A DNA stretch of 64,000 nt, taken from Balanoglossus misakiensis. Its lineage: Eukaryota; Animalia; Hemichordata. Shown in pieces: positions 1 to 14,892 of this stretch (position 1 is its first letter; every line of letters starts with the position of its first letter). A model generated the notes under the pieces. That model searched no databases and had not been told where the DNA came from. It saw only the letters and a program-made list of their open reading frames with translations. A program made the position numbers and the translations under genes. Location of the stretch: contig CM082592.2 in assembly GCA_040954595.2 (NCBI GenBank), positions 2,346,438 through 2,410,437 on the forward strand, written 5' to 3'.

Positions 1-3000
1 CTGCACACGGAAGTTTTAACATGACAGGTTAAAGCCTAAATGTAGTCCTGGCAGTGGCTGGATCTAAACGTTATCAAAGCACTGGAGGAGTTCATATAAT
101 GAACTACAAAAAAACAGGGAGACTGCACACGGAAGTTTTAACATGACAGGTTAAAGCCTAAATTGTAGTCCTGGCAGTGGCTGGATCTAAACGTTATCAA
201 AGCACTGGAGGAGTTCATATAATGAACTACAAAAAAACAGGGAGACTGCACACGGAAGTTTTAACATGACAGGTTAAAGCCTAAATGTAGTCCTGGCAGT
301 GGCTGGATCTAAACGTTATCAAAGCACTGGAGGAGTTCATATAATGAACTACAAAAAACAGGAGACTGCACACGGAAGTTTTAACATGACAGGTTAAAGC
401 CTAAATGTAGTCCTGGCAGAGGCTGGATCTAAACGTTATCAAAGCACTGGAGGAGTTCATATAATGAACTACAAAAAAACAGGGAGACTGCACACGGAAG
501 TTTTAACATGACAGGTTAAAGCCTAAATGTAGTCCTGGCAGTGGCTGGATCTAAACGTTATCAAAGCACTGGAGGAGTTCATATAATGAACTACAAAAAA
601 ACAGGGAGACTGCACACGGAAGTTTTAACATGACAGGTTAAAGCCTAAATGTAGTCCTGGCAGTGGCTGGATCTAAACGTTATCAAAGCACTGGAGGAGT
701 TCATATAATGAACTACAAAAAAACAGGGAGACTGCACACGGAAGTTTTAACATGACAGGTTAAAGCCTAAATGTAGTCCTGGCAGTGGCTGGATCTAAAC
801 GTTATCAAAGCACTGGAGGAGTTCATATAATGAACTACAAAAAACAGGGAGACTGCACACGGAAGTTTTAACATGACAGGTTAAAGCCTAAATGTAGTCC
901 TGGCAGTGGCTGGATCTAAACGTTATCAAAGCACTGGAGGAGTTCATATAATGAACTACAAAAAAACAGGGAGACTGCACACGGAAGTTTTAACATGACA
1001 GGTTAAAGCCTAAATGTAGTCCTGGCAGTGGCTGGATCTAAACGTTATCAAAGCACTGGAGGAGTTCATATAATGAACTACAAAAAAACAGGGAGACTGC
1101 ACACGGAAGTTTTAACATGACAGGTTAAAGCCTAAATGTAGTCCTGGCAGTGGCTGGATCTAAACGTTATCAAAGCACTGGAGGAGTTCATATAATGAAC
1201 TACAAAAAAACAGGGAGACTGCACACGGAAGTTTTAACATGACAGGTTAAAGCCTAAATGTAGTCCTGGCAGTGGCTGGATCTAAACGTTATCAAAGCAC
1301 TGGAGGAGTTCATATAATGAACTACAAAAAAACAGGGAGACTGCACACGGAAGTTTTAACATGACAGGTTAAAGCCTAAATGTAGTCCTGGCAGTGGCTG
1401 GATCTAAACGTTATCAAAGCACTGGAGGAGTTCATATAATGAACTACAAAAAAACAGGGAGACTGCACACGGAAGTTTTAACATGACAGGTTAAAGCCTA
1501 AATGTAGTCCTGGCAGTGGCTGGATCTAAACGTTATCAAAGCACTGGAGGAGTTCATATAATGAACTACAAAAAAACAGGGAGACTGCACACGGAAGTTT
1601 TAACATGACAGGTTAAAGCCTAAATGTAGTCCTGGCAGTGGCTGGATCTAAACGTTATCAAAGCACTGGAGGAGTTCATATAATGAACTACAAAAAAACA
1701 GGGAGACTGCACACGGAAGTTTTAACATGACAGGTTAAAGCCTAAATGTAGTCCTGGCAGTGGCTGGATCTAAACGTTATCAAAGCACTGGAGGAGTTCA
1801 TATAATGAACTACAAAAAAACAGGGAGACTGCACACGGAAGTTTTAACATGACAGGTTAAAGCCTAAATGTAGTCCTGGCAGTGGCTGGATCTAAACGTT
1901 ATCAAAGCACTGGAGGAGTTCATATAATGAACTACAAAAAAACAGGGAGACTGCACACGGAAGTTTTAACATGACAGGTTAAAGCCTAAATGTAGTCCTG
2001 GCAGTGGCTGGATCTAAACGTTATCAAAGCACTGGAGGAGTTCATATAATGAACTACAAAAAAACAGGGAGACTGCACACGGAAGTTTTAACATGACAGG
2101 TTAAAGCCTAAATGTAGTCCTGGCAGTGGCTGGATCTAAACGTTATCAAAGCACTGGAGGAGTTCATATAATGAACTACAAAAAAACAGGGAGACTGCAC
2201 ACGGAAGTTTTAACATGACAGGTTAAAGCCTAAATGTAGTCCTGGCAGTGGCTGGATCTAAACGTTATCAAAGCACTGGAGGAGTTCATATAATGAACTA
2301 CAAAAAAACCAGGGAGACTGCACACGGAAGTTTTAACATGACAGGTTAAAGCCTAAATGTAGTCCTGGCAGTGGCTGGATCTAAACGTTATCAAAGCACT
2401 GGAGGAGTTCATATAATGAACTACAAAAAAACAGGGAGACTGCACACGGAAGTTTTAACATGACAGGTTAAAGCCTAAAAAGCCTAAATGTAGTCCTGGC
2501 AGTGGCTGGATCTAAACGTTATCAAAGCACTGGAGGAGCCTTCTATAATGAACTACAAAAAAACAGGGAGACTCCACACGAAGTTTACATGACAGGTTAA
2601 AGCCTAAATGTAGTCCTGGCAGTGGCTGGATCTAAACGTTATCAAAGACTGGAGGAGTCATATATTGAACTAAAAAAAACAGGGAGACTGCACACGGAAG
2701 TTTTAACATGACAGGTTAAAGCCTAATGTAGTCCTGGCAGTGGCTGGATCTAAACGTTATCCAAGCACATGGAGGAGTCATATTAATGAACTACAAAAAA
2801 ACAGGCGAGACTGCAACGGAAGTTCTCGTGAAGGTAAAGCCTAAATGTAGTCCTGGCAGTGGCTGGATCTAAACGTTATCAAAGCACTGGAGGAGTTCAT
2901 ATAATGAACTACAAAAAAACAGGGAGACTGCACACGGAAGTTTTAACATGACAGGTTAAAGCCTAAATGTAGTCCTGGCAGTGGCTGGATCTAAACGTTA

Positions 3001-6000
3001 TCAAAGCACTGGAGGAGTTCATATAATGAACTACAAAAAAACAGGGAGACTGCACACGGAAGTTTTAACATGACAGGTTAAAGCCTAAATGTAGTCCTGG
3101 CAGTGGCTGGATCTAAACGTTATCAAAGCACTGGAGGAGTTCATATAATGAACTACAAAAAAACAGGGAGACTGCACACGGAAGTTTTAACATGACAGGT
3201 TAAAGCCTAAATGTAGTCCTGGCAGTGGCTGGATCTAAACGTTATCAAAGCACTGGAGGAGTTCATATAATGAACTACAAAAAAACAGGGAGACTGCACA
3301 CGGAAGTTTTAACATGACAGGTTAAAGCCTAAATGTAGTCCTGGCAGTGGCTGGATCTAAACGTTATCAAAGCACTGGAGGAGTTCATATAATGAACTAC
3401 AAAAAAACAGGGAGACTGCACACGGAAGTTTTAACATGACAGGTTAAAGCCTAAATGTAGTCCTGGCAGTGGCTGGATCTAAACGTTATCAAAGCACTGG
3501 AGGAGTTCATATAATGAACTACAAAAAAACAGGGAGACTGCACACGGAAGTTTTAACATGACAGGTTAAAGCCTAAATGTAGTCCTGGCAGTGGCTGGAT
3601 CTAAACGTTATCAAAGCACTGGAGGAGTTCATATAATGAACTACAAAAAAACAGGGAGACTGCACACGGAAGTTTTAACATGACAGGTTAAAGCCTAAAT
3701 GTAGTCTTGGCAGTGGCTGGATCTAAACGTTATCAAAGCACTGGAGGAGTTCATATAATGAACTACAAAAAAACAGGGAGACTGCACACGGAAGTTTTAA
3801 CATGACAGGTTAAAGCCTAAATGTAGTCTTGGCAGTGGCTGGATCTAAACGTTATCAAAGCACTGGAGGAGTTCATATAATGAACTACAAAAAAACAGGG
3901 AGACTGCACACGGAAGTTTTAACATGACAGGTTAAAGCCTAAATGTAGTCCTGGCAGTGGCTGGATCTAAACGTTATCAAAGCACTGGAGGAGTTCATAT
4001 AATGAACTACAAAAAAACAGGGAGACTGCACACGGAAGTTTTAACATGACAGGTTAAAGCCTAAATGTAGTCCTGGCAGTGGCTGGATCTAAACGTTATC
4101 AAAGCACTGGAGGAGTTCATATAATGAACTACAAAAAAACAGGGAGACTGCACACGGAAGTTTTAACATGACAGGTTAAAGCCTAAATGTAGTCCTGGCA
4201 GTGGCTGGATCTAAACGTTATCAAAGCACTGGAGGAGTTCATATAATGAACTACAAAAAAACAGGGAGACTGCACACGGAAGTTTTAACATGACAGGTTA
4301 AAGCCTAAATGTAGTCTTGGCAGTGGCTGGATCTAAACGTTATCAAAGCACTGGAGGAGTTCATATAATGAACTACAAAAAAACAGGGAGACTGCACACG
4401 GAAGTTTTAACATGACAGGTTAAAGCCTAAATGTAGTCTTGGCAGTGGCTGGATCTAAACGTTATCAAAGCACTGGAGGAGTTCATATAATGAACTACAA
4501 AAAAACAGGGAGACTGCACACGGAAGTTTTAACATGACAGGTTAAAGCCTAAATGTAGTCCTGGCAGTGGCTGGATCTAAACGTTATCAAAGCACTGGAG
4601 GAGTTCATATAATGAACTACAAAAAAACAGGGAGACTGCACACGGAAGTTTTAACATGACAGGTTAAAGCCTAAATGTAGTCTTGGCAGTGGCTGGATCT
4701 AAACGTTATCAAAGCACTGGAGGAGTTCATATAATGAACTACAAAAAAACAGGGAGACTGCACACGGAAGTTTTAACATGACAGGTTAAAGCCTAAATGT
4801 AGTCCTGGCAGTGGCTGGATCTAAACGTTATCAAAGCACTGGAGGAGTTCATATAATGAACTACAAAAAAACAGGGAGACTGCACACGGAAGTTTTAACA
4901 TGACAGGTTAAAGCCTAAATGTAGTCTTGGCAGTGGCTGGATCTAAACGTTATCAAAGCACTGGAGGAGTTCATATAATGAACTACAAAAAAACAGGGAG
5001 ACTGCACACGGAAGTTTTAACATGACAGGTTAAAGCCTAAATGTAGTCCTGGCAGTGGCTGGATCTAAACGTTATCAAAGCACTGGAGGAGTTCATATAA
5101 TGAACTACAAAAAAACAGGGAGACTGCACACGGAAGTTTTAACATGACAGGTTAAAGCCTAAATGTAGTCCTGGCAGAGGCTGGATCTAAACGTTATCAA
5201 AGCACTGGAGGAGTTCATATAATGAACTACAAAAAAACAGGGAGACTGCACACGGAAGTTTTAACATGACAGGTTAAAGCCTAAATGTAGTCCTGGCAGT
5301 GGCTGGATCTAAACGTTATCAAAGCACTGGAGGAGTTCATATAATGAACTACAAAAAAACAGGGAGACTGCACACGGAAGTTTTAACATGACAGGTTAAA
5401 GCCTAAATGTAGTCTTGGCAGTGGCTGGATCTAAACGTTATCAAAGCACTGGAGGAGTTCATATAATGAACTACAAAAAAACAGGGAGACTGCACACGGA
5501 AGTTTTAACATGACAGGTTAAAGCCTAAATGTAGTCTTGGCAGTGGCTGGATCTAAACGTTATCAAAGCACTGGAGGAGTTCATATAATGAACTACAAAA
5601 AAACAGGGAGACTGCACACGGAAGTTTTAACATGACAGGTTAAAGCCTAAATGTAGTCTTGGCAGTGGCTGGATCTAAACGTTATCAAAGCACTGGAGGA
5701 GTTCATATAATGAACTACAAAAAAACAGGGAGACTGCACACGGAAGTTTTAACATGACAGGTTAAAGCCTAAATGTAGTCCTGGCAGTGGCTGGATCTAA
5801 ACGTTATCAAAGCACTGGAGGAGTTCATATAATGAACTACAAAAAAACAGGGAGACTGCACACGGAAGTTTTAACATGACAGGTTAAAGCCTAAATGTAG
5901 TCCTGGCAGTGGCTGGATCTAAACGTTATCAAAGCACTGGAGGAGTTCATATCATGAACTACAAAAAAACAGGGAGACTGCACACGGAAGTTTTAACATG

Positions 6001-6942
6001 ACAGGTTAAAGCCTAAATGTAGTCTTGGCAGTGGCTGGATCTAAACGTTATCAAAGCACTGGAGGAGTTCATATAATGAACTACAAAAAAACAGGGAGAC
6101 TGCACACGGAAGTTTTAACATGACAGGTTAAAGCCTAAATGTAGTCTTGGCAGTGGCTGGATCTAAACGTTATCAAAGCACTGGAGGAGTTCATATAATG
6201 AACTACAAAAAAACAGGGAGACTGCACACGGAAGTTTTAACATGACAGGTTAAAGCCTAAATGTAGTCCTGGCAGTGGCTGGATCTAAACGTTATCAAAG
6301 CACTGGAGGAGTTCATATCATGAACTACAAAAAAACAGGGAGACTGCACACGGAAGTTTTAACATGACAGGTTAAAGCCTAAATGTAGTCTTGGCAGTGG
6401 CTGGATCTAAACGTTATCAAAGCACTGGAGGAGTTCATATAATGAACTACAAAAAAACAGGGAGACTGCACACGGAAGTTTTAACATGACAGGTTAAAGC
6501 CTAAATGTAGTCTTGGCAGTGGCTGGATCTAAACGTTATCAAAGCACTGGAGGAGTTCATATAATGAACTACAAAAAAACAGGGAGACTGCACACGGAAG
6601 TTTTAACATGACAGGTTAAAGCCTAAATGTAGTCCTGGCAGTGGCTGGATCTAAACGTTATCAAAGCACTGGAGGAGTTCATATAATGAACTACAAAAAA
6701 ACAGGGAGACTGCACACGGAAGTTTTAACATGACAGGTTAAAGCCTAAATGTAGTCCTGGCAGTGGCTGGATCTAAACGTTATCAAAGCACTGGAGGAGT
6801 TCATATAATGAACTACAAAAAAACAGGGAGACTGCACACGGAAGTTTTAACATGACAGGTTAAAGCCTAAATGTAGTCCTGGCAGTGGCTGGATCTAAAC
6901 GTTATCAAAACACTAGAGGAGTTCATATCACGAACTACAAAA
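1..6942. repeat. 122-bp tandem satellite, ~57 copies, truncated by the window start
   Basis: Unit ctgcacacgg...aaaaaaacagggaga recurs every 122 nt (e.g. starts at 1341 and 1951, 5 x 122 apart). Copies are near-identical, with an indel-rich patch at ~2470-2840 and a diverged terminal copy at ~6900-6942. No unique spacers. Confidence 0.98.
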
Positions 6943-7209
6943 ACGGTCAAAGTTTCTATCAAAATGGCACCTGGTAGCTGCATCAATTGATCATATTATG
7001 ATGAATTGGATTAAACCATGATGGTGAACGGGTGAGAGTTATTACAAGCACACATAAATGCTCTTTCACTTACTTCCTATGGCAAACAGTAGCTACAACT
7101 GACAAGAAATTTTTACAATAAACATGATTTTGCTAATGGCATCAGGATGCCATTACTGCTGTTTTTTCTTAGAAAATGACTGCAGTTTGTTCTGTTGAAA
7201 GACCCGTAC

Positions 7210-10200
7210 CTCTCGACCACATCTGAACAAATCCGCAACCGATTTTTCGATTGATTTCTTCTCAGCTTCCGTTGCTTCCATTGTATTCAAGGTCTCTTCA
7301 CCAAATTCTCGTTTCAATGTGGCAGACACAGTGTCACCAGCATCAACCATTCCCTGTTCGAATACATGAAATGTCATTATTTACTTGACTTCACAAACAT
7401 GCTGAAGTTTACACAAAATTAGCAGAGTTCAATTTTGCTGTTGACTCTGACATGTGAAGGAGATATTTCTCTCTGATATATTAGTGGAAATACACCCAAA
7501 TGTTTTTAACTTTCAGAGTATAATACGGATGTCAAAAATTGCAATATTCTACAGGATTCATTCACTTTCACTTCCTGCGTCCAGAGCCAGCGGCTAACTT
7601 AGAGTTGAAAGTATAAATGAAAGTGATATTGTTTTACAACTGGAAATGACATAGTGACTTGTGTCAAAATCACCATTGTCACTACTGCATGTAGAATCAC
7701 TTTCTGTACTGGAGTCACTTTCATCCTCTCTCCGTTCACCCTACTTTGATGGCGATGTCTAACTTGAAATTGTAACCTACTACCTAAACACCTGTTGGCA
7801 TATTTTTTATCATAGATTGGTTGGCTGTGCATGACCTTGTTTTGAACTTCGTCCTGCAGCCAGTGATGCCACAAGTCAACTACGCCGTCACTTGAAGTTC
7901 CTGTACTTTTTTTGGACATCAATAGCTCTGCTATGCTTTTAATACACGAGTCGGGGAAACCATCATTTTTCATCAAACTTTTTCACCACATTCCACAATA
8001 TTAACTTTAAAAGAGTGGGTAACATTCCCCTGTAATTTTTTGATGACATTCCCATAACATTATTTTTTGTAGCTGTTTTTAATAACAAGCAGCACTTTGA
8101 AAGAAAGAAATGCCTCATAGACGAAAAACACGCCTCAGAAACAGTGCTGATTGGCACAAAACCTGTCATCACACAGTAAAAAGTCTATGATGTCCAGCTT
8201 TGAGATCAGCATGCATACTAGTATTGATTGAATTTGATTAATAATGTCATGTAAGTTGATCCTACCCCAGGAATGGCCCACTCTCCAGTATCACGCCTCT
8301 GGACTGACACAAACTGTAGGATTGGTTTCTGACTTTTCTGGTCTTTTAAGACATTGCCATGTACATCTCTTTTCCATCTAAAATAAATGTAATTAAAGAA
8401 CACGAACCATTATATAGCGATGAAATTATGATGATAATGTGATATCCCATATCCGCACACTTCAGTGAAATCCTGCAAAAGATGAATCACTTGGCAAACC
8501 CCATTAGACTAGAGATGACAGATGCTAGAGACTTGTACATGTAGATAATTGAAGTCAAAATGAATGATAAACATCTTGGTTGTTGCCTTGTTAAAGTTTT
8601 TCAAGATGTACTGGTGAACTTGTGGATTGTGTTTAATAATGAAAGAACTGTGAAAATGTGAATAATATGGCACTCGTCAGGGCCAAAAATAGCCAGTGGC
8701 GTTCCACACAGACAGTACGTTCTGGTGAGCCTTCAGCATCAATGTCATCAGCAATATAATTTGATAATACATGTATTGGGCATTTACACTGTATTAACAA
8801 GTGTGTTAGCACACTTAAAGTTTAGCCATCATTTCAATAATTGTGCCAGGCTCAAAACTTGCTAACACTCCCTTATAAAAATGAATGTTAATATGAAGAT
8901 TAATATCAAGCATCATAAGTCATTTCAAAAAACTATTTCTTACCGGGTTACAATAGGATCAGCAGCATGGTTAGGTCCCCATTTTCCCAGCAAACCTCTG
9001 CCTTTCATTCCTGTTCTACCACGTGGATTCCTAGACACAATTAATACAGAACAGATAAATTTTGAGTCTTTTCCAACTTCTCTCCTTATCTTCAGTAAAG
9101 GCGAATTAGCCGAAACTTCTGGCTACACATTCAGTATTTTGTTTGTGTGCATCAAATGCAATTTCTTGTTCTACTCAAAATATCCGGTTACTATACCCGG
9201 TATTCAACTTGTCAACATAGGCCGTATGTGTGTAATGGCCATTGTTATTGTTGACTAATGAATTCTAGTCAATTTGAATTCAAATTCTCCACAATAACAA
9301 TGCTATCTATAGACATTTAGGTTGTGTTAATATTGGATACGTGGCATTTCATTCTACTTTAAAGATTTTAACAAGAAACGCAGTAGATAAACAAAACAAA
9401 AATATACAACAAACAAAGCAAAACCTTGCAGCTAAAGGAGGGACAAAGTCTCTCTCTCGCTGCTCTTGTTCATTAATTACGTTTGATACAAGACACCGTT
9501 TATGTTAATGTACATGTGGATATAAAGTGAATCAACATTCGACAATACACAACTTCCATCCCACTTGTAGACACGACAGTGAAAAATTTGCCAAAATGAA
9601 TAATCAGTCTCTACTGTTTATTCATTTTGGTGAACTTCTTACTCTCATATCCTACAAGTGTGATGGAAGTTGTGAGTCGTCGAACGTTCATTCACTATAT
9701 ATCCACATGTAGATAACATAAACAGTGTCTTGTATCAAACATAATTATTGGAAAAGGGCAGAGAGAGAGAGACTTTGTCCCTTTAAGGTTAATGTTCTCA
9801 AGTCAGAGAAGTCATCTACAAACATCTTTTCAAGGTACAAGCTACCTCATAATCAACTGTCATTGCAACTCCAGAATTCCTAAATAATTATGCAGAATAT
9901 CATGCACCCAGTAACAGTTGAATGTGAATTCCTAGGAATTGACTGGAGGGAGACACTTAACCCTTTTCACCACCATGGGTTAGTCCAAAACCATTGTTTT
10001 CTATGGTGAGGTTTCATCTCTGCTAAGGGTAATGGGGGTGAAAAGGGCTAAAGCATTATTTATGCGTTGAAAATTAAAACCAAGATTGAACAGAAATCAC
10101 TCATTCACTTGCAGTACACAATTTAACTGTTATCAGCACTTTCAGAATTCACAAAGAATTGTGCTTAAAGTTATACCTACCTTGGCACTCCATCTATAAC

Positions 10201-13200
10201 TTCATAATTTCCCATGTGACTTTTCCTGTTGACTTTGCCATCTTTTTGATTGAAATGAAGTTTTCGACTTTCATCGGACCTGTATTGAAAGGATCATTAG
10301 CAATTAAATAGACTGATCACTTCCACAGTATTGATAGAAACGAAAATACTTCATTTAAAATATACGGTTCCTTTTGTACATTAATTTATATTGAATAAAA
10401 CGGTTCAAGATCCTATGCACAGTCAGTATATTTGCCCCTCATAAATATACCCACATTGCATGACATAAGGTCAAGTCCAATGACATAGTCAGAGAAGTCA
10501 GAATTACAGTGACCCCATTTTTGAATCACAGCGACCCAAATAAATTCACTTTCCAATGATGGAATTATCAGCACTGGCACTGTTAATAAATGATCTAGAT
10601 CAAATGTTCTAAATGTAGTGGTTGTACCAATCTCAGGCACTGCCAATGAACAACCATGTGCTGGAAACTATCTCTCAGCAAAGTGAACATGTGGTTTCAC
10701 AGAGTACATGCAGAACTTTTAGTACAGAAGTGTGTCACCGAGATTTTTTCTTCCCTACTAACTCATTTTGTCAATTTTTTTGGCATATAATGATCATCAC
10801 ACTCCACTTCACAAAATGGGAGTGCCAATTTAAAGGTTCACTGTAACTTGTTGCTATATTTTCAGTATTTTTGTTATGTTATTTTTTGTGGATTCGTGTT
10901 CTAATTCCTAAAACATAGTGAAATACCCAGCATTAGGTTAGGCCAAATAAAAAAAAATATGTGCTGTACCGATTACCCAACCTACCCTAAAAGTTTTGCC
11001 TGCCGACCCTAAACTTTTTAGAGCTTCGTAAACCGGAAGTAAAAATAAACAATGTCAAATATGCAAAATTTATGAAAATTGTGAGAAATATAACGTCATT
11101 CATCTACACAACCGTGGCGAAAAAAAAATTGCAAAATAAAAAAATTTCCCAACCTACCTACCCTATTTTTGAAAACCATGTAATCGGAACAGCACATATT
11201 ATTTTTTTTTGGCCTTATCAACACAACCTATGTGTTTACTCAGCATTGTTATTGTGAAAAAATTAAATTCAAGTCCAGAATAGAATTCATTTGTCCACAA
11301 TAACAATGGCTGTTAGGCACTTGCATGCTATGTTGACAAGCGCAGTACTGCATTTGATAATATTCAAAATATTCATTGGAAAAAATAGTCCAAAGTTACA
11401 GCTAATGTCCCTTTACGGTGTTTGTTCCTAAAGTACAAAATGACAACCCTGATGGAGACATGAAATAAAAGGGCTTACCTGATTTCTGGGTCTGCCCACA
11501 CAGGCTCCTCTGCAACTATAGGGGCTGTGTAATCAATGGGTTGATAATCTGGCCAGTCAACATCCCAGGAAACTTTGTCATCTGGGACTAGAAATCTCTC
11601 CACACCTCCTGAGGCTGGATACACTTTCTCCCTTGCCTTGATATGCAAGGCCAACTTTCCAGCATGTAGGCTGGACATTTCATTCACAACTGGACTGTGG
11701 CCCAGTAAGCTAAGGCCCCACAGAAAAAATCTGTAATTTTAAGTAATGATAGGTTATGTTAGAGCTGTTATGCTTCTGAGTCATCAACGTGCTAGCCACA
11801 CCCTGGCATTAAAGTTAAATTTATCAAAATTATTTTGTCTTTAAGTACTGTGTTCTATTTGCCGACAGATACTGTTCTCTTCTGGATTGCTTTGAACACA
11901 ATTGTCTTATTTGGCAAGTTTTCAACGAACAACTTCCCTTTTACATGATGTATAAAATTGTATTGCATCTAGGCTGTTGCTGTGAACCTTGCTTTATACT
12001 CAAACTACATTGTATAAAGATTAATCCCAAGCATTCCACAGACTGAAGAGCATAGCACAATTATGGACTGTACTTCCTCAATGCTGTATGCTAATTACCA
12101 AATCACATCAACATCACAAATCTGATGATATACAAACAAATTATATGTATACCACAGCTGAATAACTTCAACAAAAAAGCCAGGATATTAAAGGATAAGT
12201 ACACTTTTGATATGTTTCCATAATAGTAATAAAGTTACATGTAGCTTTTTGAAAAAAATCCTATCAACTGTTATCTAGGTCCTAAAATCAATGCAGGCAT
12301 TGTATGGCTTCCTTGCATTCATACAAAGTCACAATTGATGCATCGGAATCATTTATTTCATGTCATCAATATGCTATAAAGTTTACAGCAAAATTACCGG
12401 ACCCTAGCAAGATCAGCAATGACCAAATAAGCTTTGTTGAATGTTACATTCTTCAAAATTACTGCAGAATACTGGTCTCTAAGACCGATAAAAAATCCTT
12501 TCTTTCGCCTTTAATATCAAAGGTCAAAGTTTCAGTTTTGAACACATCATTCAAATCAAAATGAACATTAAACAACAGAACTTATCCCTTTTGAAAGACA
12601 AATAAAAAAATAACTTTTTAAATAAAATTGATGAAAAAATATGCCTTTTTAAAACAGAAAGGGATATCTTTGACCGGTGAATATCAAAGCTTACATTGTA
12701 CAAAGCATGAAAAAAAATATGCAAACCAAAACTCAACGTGAAAAACTCTTAATTCAAGACCTTCTCTGTGAGTAAAAGCCAGGCTGTCTCTGCAAGCTCG
12801 TGACTGGTATACATGTAGGACAAATGACCATATGGTGGTGCACTGTTTAAGCAAAGACTGTGCCTATGGTCATGCCAGTCTATGTGGTTCTTTTCGTTTC
12901 CCAACTCAAATTTTTTGAGGGCGCGCTTTATGCCTACATGTTTTTGCCAATTTTCACTCCTCCATATGACGTGCAGTCACGAACAGATGACACAGCAGGA
13001 GTGCAGTTGCCATGCACTATGATTTAATCTTCAGTGATAACATCGCTGTAGTACGAGTCTCCTGCAAAGAACCCAGCTGAACAATTTCTCAAGCAATTAG
13101 CATGGCATTGCAATTAATTTACTCATTAAAGGTATGCAGTCACCTCCAATTTACATACGCCCATATATGGCTGGCGCTCTCTTTTTTTTTTTTTGCGTGT

Positions 13201-14846
13201 GCCACTCACTAAAAATCCGTGATTGGCTAGATCTTAAGTTTACCATGGTAACTGTAGTTAAATTTCCATAGGTGACCGTATACCTTTAACATCCAGCGAC
13301 ATGATGCATGTGGAAACGATCCTTAATTATTCATTGTCAAATCATATTATATTGAGTATACTCAAATGCATTTTGCTCTGCCAAGGTGTAAGCACTTGCT
13401 TTAGACTCTCTCAAAGCCCACGATTCGCTACAAGGATCTTCACTGACGCGCCCTCAACTGTTTGGCAAGGGAGAAGCACCGTTTGGTGTTGTGTAGCGAA
13501 CCTCTCGGCGGGCACACATGCAATCAGTCCATAAGCCTGCATGGACGATGAGAGGGGCTGTGAGAGAGTCTAGCACTTGCTTATAATCTTGTGATCAGCT
13601 TCCAACAATTAAATTTATTTCCAAAACACGTGCTTGCAAAGTGGGGGAGAATTTACATGTAAGAGGCCATCTATATAGAATTTAAGAGGCCATCTATATC
13701 TTCTTAATTTGATAAAAAATGTAATAAATACAGGGTGTAATTGTTGTTTGTCGGTGACGAGTGCGGCTGATAAATTATCAAATATCGGTCGCGTGGAACC
13801 CTGTACAGCCCTACAAGACAACAAGGAGGTGATAAGATAACCATTGTGGCAATTATTATGTATTTGAAACCATCAACCGGTTGCCAAGAACTGCATTGGC
13901 GATTCACAAGGCCAGGTGAGGTAGTCTTAAGCTGCTTGAAAAAAGTTTACGTTTTCTTTGTGTGATGTTACATGACGAATTTGCAACATACTCAATTTGG
14001 CAAAACCTTAAATTTTCGTTGAAAATATTTTGGATTTTCGCAGACAATGTTGCGACTTGTTCTGTTCGGTGCATTTGTGGTTTTTGCCGCTGCAAGGCTG
14101 GCGCCATTTTATCCATCGGATGATTCGACAAGAGTGCCCAATAAGTACATCGTGGTCTTAAAGGTATGCCACCCTGTATTTTTGTAGAGTACATGTAAAT
14201 GGTAGCTTTGTAGACTAGTGCAAATATAACTCACAGAAACACAAATGATTTATAGTTGGACACGTTTAGTCATTTTTCCACCCAAATGATGGTACATGTA
14301 CATGTCTATGCTAAATAGTCATACTGTAAAACACTTTATTTTCGCGAGTTAAATTTTTCGTGATATCGAGAAATGCCACTGTTTCGCGAGTATTAATTTT
14401 TGCGTTCTCTTATTTCATTCACTGCATCGTTATCTTCAAAAACAATTTACGTGACTTTTTATTTTCACGCTATTTTGGCTCTCGCGTATTTGGCGAAAAT
14501 TAATTGCTAGTGAAGTGTTTTACAGTATATAAATATCGAAACTGTTTATACACCAATGTTTGTAATATTTTAAAGTTTTCCCGTTTATGGTATGGCACAC
14601 TAAACTTTCTAACGATAGCCGGAATAGGGTTGGACTGGATTATGAATTATTTACAGGGAGACACTGTGGACGATGTAGCAAATCAAATTGAAGAGTTGGG
14701 GCAGATTTTCCAGGTAGAGGTGAAAGTTTTAAGAAAATGGAATTCTGTACTCTTTGGGATGAGTGTGGAGATGACCAAAGACATCATGGAAAGGGTAGGC
14801 TCTTTACATGTAGTTTGTCATTGCAAAAAGATGATGATGATGATGG

Positions 14847-14892
<46 letters not shown>

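Noticed and set aside
2470-2840. Diverged subfamily inside the satellite
   Set aside because: Scattered single-base indels in about 3 adjacent units among otherwise near-perfect copies look like low-quality long-read consensus.
1-6942. CRISPR-like array or coding repeat
   Set aside because: Units are contiguous and nearly identical with no unique spacers, no cas genes are present, and the context is eukaryotic. The 122-nt unit is not a multiple of 3 and the track shows no ORF.
7599-8172. 125-aa and 69-aa intronic ORFs
   Set aside because: No recognisable motif or compatible splice phase with NUDT9. They may be a decayed repeat, but I cannot support that.
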